This document shows, piece by piece, positions 7,862 through 17,598 of a stretch of 46,052 bases of DNA. Source of the stretch: a virus (Duplodnaviria > Caudoviricetes); the IMG/VR virus record IMGVR_UViG_3300044711_000030, positions 1-46,052 of that record. One strand, 5' to 3'. The position numbers and the translations under genes are program-made. Within the stretch, counting starts at the first letter, position 1, and the number at the start of each line of letters is the position of its first letter. A model generated the notes under the pieces. It searched no databases. It was not told where the DNA came from and worked only from the letters and a program-made list of their open reading frames with translations.

Positions 7862-8050
7862 TTGGGCGCGGCATCTGCGAAACGCGATCCTTTCGCTGAC
7901 GACGAGCCGCCGCTGCACCCGCCCGAAGCCCTCTACGAAATCGCCGAGTGTCTAGAGATGATCGCCTACTGGCGCACGCGCTGCGAAAAAGCCGAGGACG
8001 CGCTGCGCTGGCGTAAGCGCATGGCGTTTCTCAAGCGGACGGGCGGATGA
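7862..8050 (+). CDS. Hypothetical protein
   Basis: 62-aa ORF overlapping the helicase start. Confidence 0.5.
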   Translation: MGAASAKRDPFADDEPPLHPPEALYEIAECLEMIAYWRTRCEKAEDALRWRKRMAFLKRTGG

Positions 8051-9264
8051 GCGACCTTCCGCCGATCGAATTCGAGTGGCCAGAAGAGCTATCGCGGGAA
8101 CGGCCGCCGCGCTCCAATGTGCGCACGCTCAAGCCGAACGGCGGCGAGCCACAGCAGAACGCGCCACAATCGCCCAAGGCGAGCGCAAAGCCCGTCCCGC
8201 TTGATTGGCCCGTCCTCGCCGGCCAGGAACCACCAGAGCGGCGCTGGGCTACGCGTGGATGGGTCGGGTTCGGGCACGTAACCCTGCTTGTCGGCCCTGG
8301 CGGTATCGGCAAAACCCTGCTAGCGCAGCAAATGGCCTCCTGCTGGGCGCTCGGTAAATCGTTCATCGGCGATGTACAAGGGCCGCTCAAGTGCTTGATG
8401 TGGGCGTGCGAGGATGATCATGACGAGCTCTGGCGCCGGCAAGTCGCGCTCGCCCGCTGGTGCGATGCTGGGCTCGACGCCTTCGCCGAGCGCCTAGTTA
8501 TCGTCCCGCGGCACGGCCTCGAGAATACCCTGGTGAGTACCGAGTTTGGCAAGCTCGTCTACTCGCCGCTCATCAACGAGCTATCCGAGCAAGCCGCGGA
8601 TCTCGCCGCCGAAGTCGTGATCCTTGACAACGTGGGCCAGCTCTACGGCGGAGGCGAGAATGATCGCCACGCAGTGACGGCATTCCTGAATACCCTATCT
8701 GGCGCGCTCCCAGGCCGGGCCCTGCTGCTGCTCGCGCACCCCTCGCGCTCATCGGGCTCAGAGTTCAGCGGCTCGAGCGCATGGGAGAACGTGGTGCGAA
8801 CGCGCTTATTCCTTGGCGCCACGTTGCCAGGTGAGAAGCCAGATCCAGAAGCCGAGCCGCAAGACAACGTGCGCTATCTCGCCCGGCGCAAGGCGAACTA
8901 CAGCCCGAAGGACTGGCGCAAGCTTACGTATGCCGCCGGCGCGCTCACCCCTGACGTTGTGGAATCAGGTGGTGGCGTAGTGGCCTCAATCCGCGCCTCC
9001 AACGCCGAGCGCACCGTTCTCACCGGCATCGCCAAGCTCACCGGCATGGGCATCCCAGCCAGCGACGGAACGCGCTCCAGCCAATACCTGCCAAAGCTCC
9101 TAGCCGAGTACAAGATCGATGACGGCCTCTCAAGGCGCGACACAGCCGGCGCTCTAAGGGTGCTCATGGTCGCTGGCCGCATCGCTCGAGGACAGGTAGG
9201 AAAGCGGGCAAACCGCACCGCAATGGTCGGTCTCGTTGTCGTGGATGCACCGCAGCAAACTTGA
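8047..9264 (+). CDS. AAA_25/RepA-type (RecA-fold) replicative helicase
   Basis: Walker A GPGGIGKT, Walker B VVILDN, LLAHPS..GSSAWEN..R..RKANY. Confidence 0.9.
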   Translation: MSDLPPIEFEWPEELSRERPPRSNVRTLKPNGGEPQQNAPQSPKASAKPVPLDWPVLAGQEPPERRWATRGWVGFGHVTLLVGPGGIGKTLLAQQMASCWALGKSFIGDVQGPLKCLMWACEDDHDELWRRQVALARWCDAGLDAFAERLVIVPRHGLENTLVSTEFGKLVYSPLINELSEQAADLAAEVVILDNVGQLYGGGENDRHAVTAFLNTLSGALPGRALLLLAHPSRSSGSEFSGSSAWENVVRTRLFLGATLPGEKPDPEAEPQDNVRYLARRKANYSPKDWRKLTYAAGALTPDVVESGGGVVASIRASNAERTVLTGIAKLTGMGIPASDGTRSSQYLPKLLAEYKIDDGLSRRDTAGALRVLMVAGRIARGQVGKRANRTAMVGLVVVDAPQQT

Positions 9265-9434
9265 TCTAGGTCAAGAAAACTGCACCAATGGGTGCACCAA
9301 TGGCTGCACAATGGCCAAAAAACCGCACCAATGACCGCCACAATGACTAGCACAATGGCCTGCACAATGCACCAATGACCTGCACGCACATACAACCCCT
9401 ATAAGGGGGGTATGTGGCGTGCGTGCATTGTGCA
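9260..9434. repeat. Probable replication origin: iteron array plus hairpin
   Basis: Eight direct (GCAC/GCACC)AATG-type repeats with CAATG at 9286, 9298, 9309, 9329, 9341, 9353, 9365 and 9373; one inverted copy at 9426-9434; inverted repeat 9381-9427 centred on cccctataagggg; immediately after the helicase. Confidence 0.75.
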
Positions 9435-9661
9435 AACGTTCGAACACCTGTCAGAACTTCGACACATACGCCTTCCTCAGCCTTGCCGCCTCACGCGTGT
9501 ACGCTCGTGTGATAGCCTAGGCTCAGTGCCCTGGCGAGCGCCGTTCACGGCCTCGAACCAGCTCATCAACCGTTGCGCGGATGGTACAAACCAGCGCAAA
9601 ACGGTGCGTGTTAGCGACTGCTACCGCTAAGCGCCGCATGAAAATGGTCGTTGTGCAGCGC

Positions 9662-9689
9662 ATCAATCACAATGTGCATTATGTTAAAT
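9662..9689 (+). other. dif-like XerC/XerD site
   Basis: ATCAATCACAA-TGTGCA-TTATGTTAAAT; XerD arm identical to the E. coli dif arm, 6-bp spacer, degenerate XerC arm. Confidence 0.75.
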
Positions 9690-9692
9690 GAC

Positions 9693-9701
9693 TTATCCAC
9701 A
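9693..9701 (+). promoter_or_regulatory. DnaA box
   Basis: Perfect TTATCCACA, 3 bp from the XerD arm. Confidence 0.55.
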
Positions 9702-9908
9702 GCTCGAAGGGGTGGGGAGGTCGTTTTTCGCGCTTTTCGACCGAACATGCGGCGGGTTCCCATCTGGGCGGGGTGGCTAGGGCTCCTCCGACCGTACCTC
9801 GCTAGCGCTTGGTATTGCTTGGTGTAGCGCGTTGTAGTTTTTGCTGTATGGTTGCTAAACCACGATGCCAATCCGGTCGTGGTTCCAAGTTTCTTCCCGC
9901 GGTGTTGC

Positions 9909-10388
9909 ATGCCGCGCCTGAAGACGATCAAGAAGTTTGACGAGTGGAAGCGCGACCCTAAGAACGTTGACGAGCTTTTTCGACTGATTGTCGAGGAGCG
10001 GATGTCGCTGCGCGATGCGGCGATCGAGGGGGTGAAGCAGCCGTACACGCTGGTGTATCCGTGGCTGCACGATGGCGGGGAGATGCAGAAGCGCTACGAG
10101 GCGGCGCTGGCGGCGATGGCCGATGACCTGATGCACGAGCGGCTGAAGATTGCCGACAGCGTGCGAAAGTCTAGGAATCCGGTCGCAGTCTCGGCCGCCA
10201 AACTAGCCTGCGAGGTCCGGGAGCAGAACGCGCGGTCGTGGGGCCGGGAGCGCTACGGCGAGGCGGCGGACGCGATGCGCGGGGCGACGGTGGTGATTCA
10301 GGTGGCGGACTTACGGGGGCCGCAGGTTGCGCTACCGGTGGCGGCTCCGGCGCTGCCCGATGTGACGGACGCGGAGCAGGTCGAGTGA
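9909..10388 (+). CDS. terS: Terminase small subunit
   Basis: HTH-like N-terminus, YEAALAAMADDL...IAD...AKL...RERYG motif; directly upstream of and overlapping terL. Confidence 0.8.
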   Translation: MPRLKTIKKFDEWKRDPKNVDELFRLIVEERMSLRDAAIEGVKQPYTLVYPWLHDGGEMQKRYEAALAAMADDLMHERLKIADSVRKSRNPVAVSAAKLACEVREQNARSWGRERYGEAADAMRGATVVIQVADLRGPQVALPVAAPALPDVTDAEQVE

Positions 10389-11899
10389 GCACCGCGAGCG
10401 CGCCACTCTACAAGCCGGCCGGGCCAGTTGCGGATGCGTTTCACCGATCGAACGCTTTCGCCCGCGGGCTGATGGGTCCGGTGGGCTCGAGTAAATCGAG
10501 CGCGTGCTGGCAGGAGATGTTCACCAGGGCGAGGGAGCAGGCGCCCAATGCGGCGGGTGTGCGCCGGTTCCGGTGCGCGGTGCTGCGCAACACCTACCCG
10601 GAACTGACGTCGACCACGATCCGCACAGTGCAGGAGTGGTGCCCGGCGCTGAAATTCAACTGGGGCTCGCCGATCACGGCGAAGCTGCGCGGGAAGTTGC
10701 CGGACGGGACCACGCTCGACTTTGAGTGCATGTTCCTCGCGCTCGAGCGGCCGGAGGAAGTGGACAAGATCGGCTCGCTCGAGATAACGGCGGGGTGGAT
10801 CAACGAAGTGCGGGAGGTTGCTAAGGCGATCTTCGACAAGCTGACCGAGCGCGTCGGGCGCTTCCCGAAGGTTGAGCTTGATGAGAGCGGCAAGCAGATT
10901 TACGGGCCGACGTGGCGCGGGGTGGTGATGGACACGAACCCGCCCAGCGATGACCACTGGTATTACAAGATCGCCGAGAAGTCGGACCCGGAGATCACCG
11001 ACCAGACCGAGCAGGCCGAGAAGATGCTGCGCAGGCTTGGGCATCTCAAGCCAGGCGTTCCTCTGTTTGAGTTTTTTAAGCAGCCAGGAGCGCTGATAGC
11101 GAAGGCCGACAACGAATACGAGCCGAACCCTGCGGCGGAAAATATCCAACACCTCGACGGCGGGTACGCGTACTACTACCGCCAGATCGCCGGCAAGAAA
11201 AAGGAGTGGATCAAGGCGCAGATCCTCGGGCAATACGCCGTCATCACGGACGGGAAGGCGGTCTACGGCGATTACTCGGATGAGCTGCACTGCCGCAAGA
11301 CGGACCCGCTGCGGGGGCTGCCGATCATCATCGGTCTCGACTACGGGCGCTCGCCGGCAGCGGTGTTCATGCAATTGACGGCGCGCGGGCAGCTTCGGGT
11401 ATTCGATGAGCTCTGGGGCGACGACATCGGCATCGAGGCGTTCGCCGAGGATGTCGTGAAGCCGCACATCGGCCTGCATTACCGGGAGTTCGACACGATG
11501 TTCGTGGGCGACCCGGCCGGCATGGCGAAGGAATCCGACGAGAGAAACGCCTTCGATGTGCTCGCAGATGTGGGGATTGTGGCGATCCCGGCGCACACGA
11601 ACCGGCTGACCGGGCGCCTGGAAGCGGTGCGGCACTACCTCAATCGCAACGTCGGCGGACAGCCGGCGTTCGTCCTAGATCCTCGCTGCTCGCGCCTTCG
11701 CTCAGGGTTTCTCGGGCGCTACTACTTCAAGCGCGTTCAGGTGAGCGAAAACCTGTTCAAGGAAACGCCGGAGAAAAACGAATACTCGCATCCGCACGAT
11801 GCGCTGCAGTACGGCGCGCTCTATGCCCGCATGGAGGACGTAGGCGGCGGGCGGTTCAAGGAGAAGCTGAAATATCCACCCATAGGGATTCGAGCATGA
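10385..11899 (+). CDS. terL: Terminase large subunit
   Basis: GPVGSSKS Walker A, GWINE Walker B, MDTNPP, GLDYG nuclease motif, SHPHDALQY; GTG start overlapping the terS stop. Confidence 0.95.
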   Translation: MSTASAPLYKPAGPVADAFHRSNAFARGLMGPVGSSKSSACWQEMFTRAREQAPNAAGVRRFRCAVLRNTYPELTSTTIRTVQEWCPALKFNWGSPITAKLRGKLPDGTTLDFECMFLALERPEEVDKIGSLEITAGWINEVREVAKAIFDKLTERVGRFPKVELDESGKQIYGPTWRGVVMDTNPPSDDHWYYKIAEKSDPEITDQTEQAEKMLRRLGHLKPGVPLFEFFKQPGALIAKADNEYEPNPAAENIQHLDGGYAYYYRQIAGKKKEWIKAQILGQYAVITDGKAVYGDYSDELHCRKTDPLRGLPIIIGLDYGRSPAAVFMQLTARGQLRVFDELWGDDIGIEAFAEDVVKPHIGLHYREFDTMFVGDPAGMAKESDERNAFDVLADVGIVAIPAHTNRLTGRLEAVRHYLNRNVGGQPAFVLDPRCSRLRSGFLGRYYFKRVQVSENLFKETPEKNEYSHPHDALQYGALYARMEDVGGGRFKEKLKYPPIGIRA

Positions 11900-12123
11900 G
11901 GCCGCTGCTCGACGAGATTACGAGAAAGGCTCCACACGGCGAAATTTGTTTATACGTAAGCGCCTTCGGAGAAACAGTAATTCCTGAGCCGGTGCGTCAC
12001 TTCTGTTTAATGCGCGCCGTCAGGAAATTCCCTGGGCAACCTATAAAAATTAAAGAGTACGCGGCCCGGCTGATAGCCCGATGGGCGAGCGCGACGGCGT
12101 ATTACCTCTGGAGGCATCCGTGA
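11896..12123 (+). CDS. Hypothetical protein
   Basis: 75-aa ORF coupled to terL; more AT-rich than its neighbours. Confidence 0.5.
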   Translation: MRPLLDEITRKAPHGEICLYVSAFGETVIPEPVRHFCLMRAVRKFPGQPIKIKEYAARLIARWASATAYYLWRHP

Positions 12124-12350
12124 GCATGCAATTGCAGGGGCGCGTAAAGACTTTGGAGGACGAAGTGAAGAGCCTGCGCGAGGTCGTCGCCATGCTCATC
12201 GAAGCCATCAGCGCGCCGGCGCCAACAGCGCAAGTGAACGTCAACGGCCCGCGCCGGATGTGCCCGCATTGCGGCGTCAAGCCTAACTACCACCTTCATG
12301 TCATCAACTGCCGCGGTCCTTGGCAGGGGAACGGAGCACATCCTGGCTGA
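12120..12350 (+). CDS. Small coiled-coil + zinc-finger protein
   Basis: RVKTLEDEVKSLRE...CPHC...H..C. Confidence 0.55.
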   Translation: MSMQLQGRVKTLEDEVKSLREVVAMLIEAISAPAPTAQVNVNGPRRMCPHCGVKPNYHLHVINCRGPWQGNGAHPG

Positions 12351-12351
12351 G

Positions 12352-14637
12352 ATGTCCGACGACGACCTGCTGAGCCAGATTTCCGCGGAGGAGTCGCGGG
12401 CGCTCGGCTATTTCGCAGGCGATCTGTCGCGCGAGCGCGAGAAGGCGCTCGATTATTATCACGGCAACCTAGACGTGCAGGCCGCGGAGGGCCGCTCCGA
12501 TGTCGTGTCGATGGATGTGCGCGACACGGTAGACGGGATGCTTCCGGATCTGCTCGATGTGTTCCTATCGTCCGACGACGTAGTGAAATTCGAGCCGAAT
12601 GGTCCGGAGGATGAGAAGGCCGCGCAGCAGGCGACAGATGCGACGAACTACGTTTTCTACCGGCAGAACAAGGGCGCGCTCGTCCTCTACGAGTGGATGA
12701 AGTCGGCGCTCCTCGAGAAAAACGGCGTGGTGAAGTATTACCACGAGAAGTACAGCGCCCCCTCGCACGAGACGTACGAGGGCCTGAACGAGATGGAATT
12801 TCAGCAGCTCGTCAATCAGGAAGGCGTGAAGGTGCTGCAGCACAGCGCCGCGCCGGACCCGAGTATGCAGGGGCAATCGCTGCATGACGTGCAGGTCCGC
12901 ATCGTCGATCAGAACGGGAAGGTGTGCATTACCGGAGTGCCGAGCGAAGAGTTCCTGATCTGCGCGGATCACAACTCCGTTGCCATGAATGATGTCCGCT
13001 TTGTCGAGCACCAGCAGCCGCTTACGGTCTCGGCGATACGGGCAATGGGCATCGACGTTGATCCGGAAGAGTCGGACGACGTGCCGGACGTGAAGTTCTC
13101 GCCGGAGTATCTCGCTAGGCGCAGGTTCAACGAGGAAGTGCGCTACGGCGACAACGAAACGAAAGCCGACCGATCGCAGAAAATCCTGACCTTCCGCGAA
13201 ATATCGATGCTCGTGGATAAGGACGGCGATGGACTCGCCGAGCGCCGCCGCATCGTGAAGATTGGGAAAACGATCTACGAGAACGACTACGCCGATCACG
13301 TTCCGTTCGCGGCGATCTGCCCGAACATCATGCCGTATCGGTTCTACGGACTCTCGGAAGCCGATAACACCGCGGACATTCAAAAACAAAAATCGATGAT
13401 CTGGCGCGGGATGATCGATTCGCTTTTCCTCTCGCTCAATCCGCGCATCGGCGTGATGGAAAGCATGGTCAACCTGGACGATCTTCTCGTTCAGAGGATC
13501 GGCGGCGTCGTGCGCTTCAAGACGAACCCGAACATGGCGATGATGCCGATGGAGCATCGCTTTGTCGGACAGCAGGCGTTCCCGATGATGGAGTACATGG
13601 ACTCGGTAAAGGAAAACCGTACCGGGTTCACGCGCTATTCGCAGGGCATGGACGCGGACAGCCTGAATAAGACGGCGCGCGGCATGTCGATCATCACGGC
13701 CTCGTCGCAAAAGCGCCTGAAGCTGATTGCGCGCATGTTCGCCGAGACTGGCGTCAAGGATCTGATGCAGGGGATTAAGCATCTCCTTATCAAGCACCGC
13801 TCCGGCAAGCCGCTTGCGATGCGCCTTCGCGGCCAGTGGGTGAACGTCGATCCGCGCGAATGGAAAACGCAGTGGGACATGACGGTGAACGTCGGGCTCG
13901 GCACGAACGACAAGCCTGCGCAGGCCGCGCACATCCAGTCGATTATCCAGGTGCAGGCTGGGCTGAAGCAGGTCTACCCGCACATGGTCACGGACGTGAA
14001 CGCCTACAACTCCGCTAAGAAAATGGCGGAGACGGCCGGCTATAAGCAGGAGGGCGAATTCTTCACGCCGCCAGGACCGCACAATCCGCCGCCGCCGCCG
14101 CCGCCGAACCCGGAGCTAGAGAAGATCAAGGCCGAGGCTGGCAAGGTGCAGTTTGAAGCCGCCAGCGCCGAGCGCATCAAGCAGATGGAGGTAATGAACG
14201 GGCAACACGTCGCCGAGGTGCAGAAACAGGTTTCCATTGCGGTCGCGCAGATCAAGGCCGAGACGGAACTGCAGATTGCGCACCTGAACGCGGCTGCGCA
14301 AGAGCGCCTCAAGCGGATGGAAATAGACGCTGGGGCCGCGGTGGAAGTGTTCAAGGCAGGGAATGAACGCGAAATGGCGCAGCACGAAGCGCAGACGCAG
14401 GAGCGCCTGGCGGACAAGCAGGCCGAGCATTCGATCACGAGCGAGGTGGTGAAGGCGGCTGCGAAGCCGAAGGACGAAGGCAAGGACGCGAAGCCAAAGC
14501 CGAACGGCGAGGACAAGGGCGAGCAGAAGGCGCTCGTCAAGATGATGGCCGAGCTTGCGCGGGCGAGCACCGCGGATCGCGAAGTGATGCGCGACGCGCA
14601 GGGAAATATCATCGGCGTGCGGATTAAGAAATCCTAA
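12352..14637 (+). CDS. Portal protein
   Basis: EREKALDYYHG, GRSDVVSMDVRDTVD, DMTVNVGLG, long C-terminal coiled coil; position after terL. Confidence 0.92.
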   Translation: MSDDDLLSQISAEESRALGYFAGDLSREREKALDYYHGNLDVQAAEGRSDVVSMDVRDTVDGMLPDLLDVFLSSDDVVKFEPNGPEDEKAAQQATDATNYVFYRQNKGALVLYEWMKSALLEKNGVVKYYHEKYSAPSHETYEGLNEMEFQQLVNQEGVKVLQHSAAPDPSMQGQSLHDVQVRIVDQNGKVCITGVPSEEFLICADHNSVAMNDVRFVEHQQPLTVSAIRAMGIDVDPEESDDVPDVKFSPEYLARRRFNEEVRYGDNETKADRSQKILTFREISMLVDKDGDGLAERRRIVKIGKTIYENDYADHVPFAAICPNIMPYRFYGLSEADNTADIQKQKSMIWRGMIDSLFLSLNPRIGVMESMVNLDDLLVQRIGGVVRFKTNPNMAMMPMEHRFVGQQAFPMMEYMDSVKENRTGFTRYSQGMDADSLNKTARGMSIITASSQKRLKLIARMFAETGVKDLMQGIKHLLIKHRSGKPLAMRLRGQWVNVDPREWKTQWDMTVNVGLGTNDKPAQAAHIQSIIQVQAGLKQVYPHMVTDVNAYNSAKKMAETAGYKQEGEFFTPPGPHNPPPPPPPNPELEKIKAEAGKVQFEAASAERIKQMEVMNGQHVAEVQKQVSIAVAQIKAETELQIAHLNAAAQERLKRMEIDAGAAVEVFKAGNEREMAQHEAQTQERLADKQAEHSITSEVVKAAAKPKDEGKDAKPKPNGEDKGEQKALVKMMAELARASTADREVMRDAQGNIIGVRIKKS

Positions 14638-14640
14638 GCA

Positions 14641-15546
14641 ATGACCGTCTTCGTAACGCACGCCAAGATTGCTACGCTGCCGGATGAGCCTGGCGCAGAA
14701 GTCAACAAGGCCGAGTGGAATGACAACCACGTCATCGTCGGCCTAGGTTCTGCTGCTGAAGCCGCCACGACTGATTTTGACGCTGCAGGAGTTGCTACAG
14801 CGGCGGTAGCGGCGCACGTCGCGGCTGGCGACCCGCATCCACAGTACCTTACCGCCGCAGAGGGTAACGCTGCCTATGACGCTACCGGAGCGGCAACTGC
14901 TGCAGTCGCAACTCACGTCGGACTCGCCGATCCGCATACGCAGTATCAGAAGGAAAGCGAGAAGGATGCCGCGAACGGCTATGCGGGGTTGAGCGCTGGG
15001 ACAAAGCTTGCCGGCACGCAGCAGACCTACGGCTCGCTAGCGAACACGGCTTGCGAGGGGAACGATGCGCGGCTATCGGATGCGCGGGCGCCGAACGGAG
15101 TTGCTAGCGGCGATCTCGCAGGCTCTTACCCAAGCCCGACCGTAACGCAGGCAAGGGGGCTGCGCGAGACGACCGGGCCGACGACCCTAGCGATGGGTGC
15201 CGTTGCTGATGGTGAGTTCCTAAAACGCTCCGGGTCAAGCGTTATCGGCGGTTCGCCAGGAGCGGCGTCCCTCACGTTGACAACGGTGGAAGTGAACCTA
15301 GGAACGATTTCCAGGCGCGGCGGAAAATTCAACATCACGACATCCGGGCTTACTTCCGGGAAAGCCGTTTCGATCATGCAGGCGAATGGCCCGTACACAG
15401 GGAAGGGCTCGCGCACAGACGAAGCGGAGATGGACGGGCTTACGGTAAGCGGCAAAACGACGAGCGCCACGAATATTGAATGCTTCTGGCACACCAGAGG
15501 ATTCGTCAAGGGCAACGTGAAATTTGACTACGTGGTGGGGGCTTAA
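14641..15546 (+). CDS. Fibre/decoration-like virion protein
   Basis: Tandem HV..DPH.QY repeats, GNDARLSDAR and GDLAGSYPSPTV fibre motifs. Confidence 0.65.
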   Translation: MTVFVTHAKIATLPDEPGAEVNKAEWNDNHVIVGLGSAAEAATTDFDAAGVATAAVAAHVAAGDPHPQYLTAAEGNAAYDATGAATAAVATHVGLADPHTQYQKESEKDAANGYAGLSAGTKLAGTQQTYGSLANTACEGNDARLSDARAPNGVASGDLAGSYPSPTVTQARGLRETTGPTTLAMGAVADGEFLKRSGSSVIGGSPGAASLTLTTVEVNLGTISRRGGKFNITTSGLTSGKAVSIMQANGPYTGKGSRTDEAEMDGLTVSGKTTSATNIECFWHTRGFVKGNVKFDYVVGA

Positions 15547-16191
15547 ATGGCCGTCATTGAATCAGGCGCAACAACTGATCTGCTAACAGTAGACGCAACG
15601 TCCAAAGCAGGACGTAGCACTCTATACGGCCCTGACGGGACAGTGATGACGCCAGGAGCAGATGGCTATATTCAGCGCCTAGATTTTGGTGTGTCCGCTG
15701 CTGGAGCGCCTGCAAGCGGTTCTTCGATCTTTCACATGCGCAATTCCACTACCTCAACCAGGGTTGGACTTGTGCGAAAGCTCCGCTTGACCTGGATGGT
15801 AACGACCGCCGGTACTGGCACGGAGTGGGCATATGAACTAGTGCGCACGTCAGGAGCTGCCATGACCGGAGGCACCGCCGTAACGACCGCCAACATGGGC
15901 CGCAAAGATACGACAACTTCAAACCCAGAGATCGCCTCAGATACTACCGGCGGAGATTTCAGATTTTCTAACGCCGCTCTGACTACGACCAGCGTTGTCT
16001 TCGGTCAATCCCTTGGCGGTTTTGTTCTTGCAAATCCGATCGGGAGCATCCTGGAAAAGATTTTCGACTTCGACAACAACGAAGGCCCGATCAAGTTGCG
16101 CGCTGGCGAGGGACTCGCGCTTCGCGTGAAAACCATCACCGCGACCATCGTCTATGCGATGTCTGGGAACATTCAATTCGAAATGAGATAA
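15547..16191 (+). CDS. Putative virion structural protein
   Basis: Thr/Gly-rich beta-type sequence in the late operon. Confidence 0.55.
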   Translation: MAVIESGATTDLLTVDATSKAGRSTLYGPDGTVMTPGADGYIQRLDFGVSAAGAPASGSSIFHMRNSTTSTRVGLVRKLRLTWMVTTAGTGTEWAYELVRTSGAAMTGGTAVTTANMGRKDTTTSNPEIASDTTGGDFRFSNAALTTTSVVFGQSLGGFVLANPIGSILEKIFDFDNNEGPIKLRAGEGLALRVKTITATIVYAMSGNIQFEMR

Positions 16192-16193
16192 AC

Positions 16194-16784
16194 ATGACAG
16201 TACTTACCGAGGAATTCATTTTTGTAAAGTCTGGTTCAGTTGGTGACTTATCGTGGCTGCTTGCCGCTGGATCGGGAAGTGGAGCAGCTTCTGAACCTGG
16301 AATAGTAGGAATTTATGATCTTAACACCGGCACTGTGAGTGGAACTTACTCGGTAATTCACAATGGTGGACTATCGATGCGTTCGCCTGACGTTGTTTTT
16401 GCTACTTTCAACATGCGAACCTTAAACAACGATGCCAACACCATGTATCGGCTCGGCCTATTGGGTGCGCTGGCTGATCCTCCGGACGACGGTGTGTATT
16501 TCGAAAAGCTAACCACTGATTCGAACTGGTTCTATGTATGCAGAGCCGGTACGGTGCAAACGCGTGTTGATTCCGGCATTGCGCTCGATACGAATAATTT
16601 TCTCTCCCTTACGATGACAAACCTTAACGGCAATGCCTGGAGGTTCAGCGTTCAGGACCAAGCGATCACCGATATTGATACCAATGTGCCAGCGGTGCCG
16701 GTGATTGTTTCCGCCGGGGTTCGCAATAACGCTGCTGCGAACAAACGACTTTCGCTTAATCGCATCCAATTCGAGGTTCCCTGA
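16194..16784 (+). CDS. Putative virion protein (beta-sandwich/lectin-like)
   Basis: DGVYFE...NWFYVC...TRVDSGIA; lower GC. Confidence 0.5.
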   Translation: MTVLTEEFIFVKSGSVGDLSWLLAAGSGSGAASEPGIVGIYDLNTGTVSGTYSVIHNGGLSMRSPDVVFATFNMRTLNNDANTMYRLGLLGALADPPDDGVYFEKLTTDSNWFYVCRAGTVQTRVDSGIALDTNNFLSLTMTNLNGNAWRFSVQDQAITDIDTNVPAVPVIVSAGVRNNAAANKRLSLNRIQFEVP

Positions 16785-16785
16785 G

Positions 16786-17172
16786 ATGGCTACCGGCATA
16801 GATACAGAACTTAGAGTACAACGACCAACTTTTGAAACTACTAACGCAACGCCGGTAGTGGGCTGGGTTGCTCCCTTGGCGGGTAGTGCTGCTATCGGAA
16901 CAGTACAGATTGAAATTAGAGCGTTCGCTCCTGTTGATGGTACCGCGAAGAGATGGAGGCGCTCTGCTGTCATTAAGAAGTTCGGAGGTGTCCTCACTGT
17001 TGTTGGGGCTGAAAGTCCACCCGATATCCCGCCTACAGGAGTCTTGTGGGATATTGCCATTGCCAAAATTACGGACAACAGCGGTATCCAAATCACCTTC
17101 ACTGGTGATGCAACAAAGACGGTCAATTGGTACGTCACCCCCAAGATTGACGGCGAGATTATTACTGCGTAA
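16786..17172 (+). CDS. Putative virion protein
   Basis: Start MATGIDTE; TTNATP...ITFTGDATKTVNW. Confidence 0.5.
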   Translation: MATGIDTELRVQRPTFETTNATPVVGWVAPLAGSAAIGTVQIEIRAFAPVDGTAKRWRRSAVIKKFGGVLTVVGAESPPDIPPTGVLWDIAIAKITDNSGIQITFTGDATKTVNWYVTPKIDGEIITA

Positions 17173-17598
17173 ATGGCCGGAATTTTCAACGCCAGCATCT
17201 TCAACAGCGCGATCTTCAATACTGGCGGCGTTGTATCTCCGGTTGTCGTTGTCGAAACGCTGCAACCTGCTGGCCGCGGAGCATCTAGTCCAGCAGCTCG
17301 CCGCCGCCGCTACATCATGCCGGACGGCACAATGGTTTACGCGACGACCGATGAAGCGTTCGCCATGCTGCGGGACTTCTCGGCACCGATCTCCACGCCG
17401 CAGCCGCAAGTTCCGGTCACGCTGCAGAAGCGCGAAGTTCGATTCCTGCCGGCCGAGGACGCGATGCCGGATACCTGGAAGGCGGTCATCCCTGAGCGCT
17501 TCGCCTACGAGCCGCCGCCAGAAACACGTAGACAAGCCGAAATCATCGCAAATAGGATGCGCGCCGATGAAGAAGCCATCTTGGCGCTGATTCTCTAA
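17173..17598 (+). CDS. Hypothetical protein
   Basis: IFNASIFNSAIFNT repeat at the N-terminus and DEEAILAL C-terminus. Confidence 0.6.
   Translation: MAGIFNASIFNSAIFNTGGVVSPVVVVETLQPAGRGASSPAARRRRYIMPDGTMVYATTDEAFAMLRDFSAPISTPQPQVPVTLQKREVRFLPAEDAMPDTWKAVIPERFAYEPPPETRRQAEIIANRMRADEEAILALIL

Noticed and set aside
9281-9377. Short repeat array as a CRISPR or mini-array
   Set aside because: Units are 8-12 bp with no unique spacers; position after the helicase fits iterons
9709-9721. KOPS (GGGNAGGG) next to the dif-like site
   Set aside because: The sequence is GGGGAGGT, only 7/8, in a G-rich tract
10298-14082. Long antisense ORFs (445 aa and 505 aa) opposite terL and portal
   Set aside because: Typical shadow frames of high-GC coding sequence; no motifs
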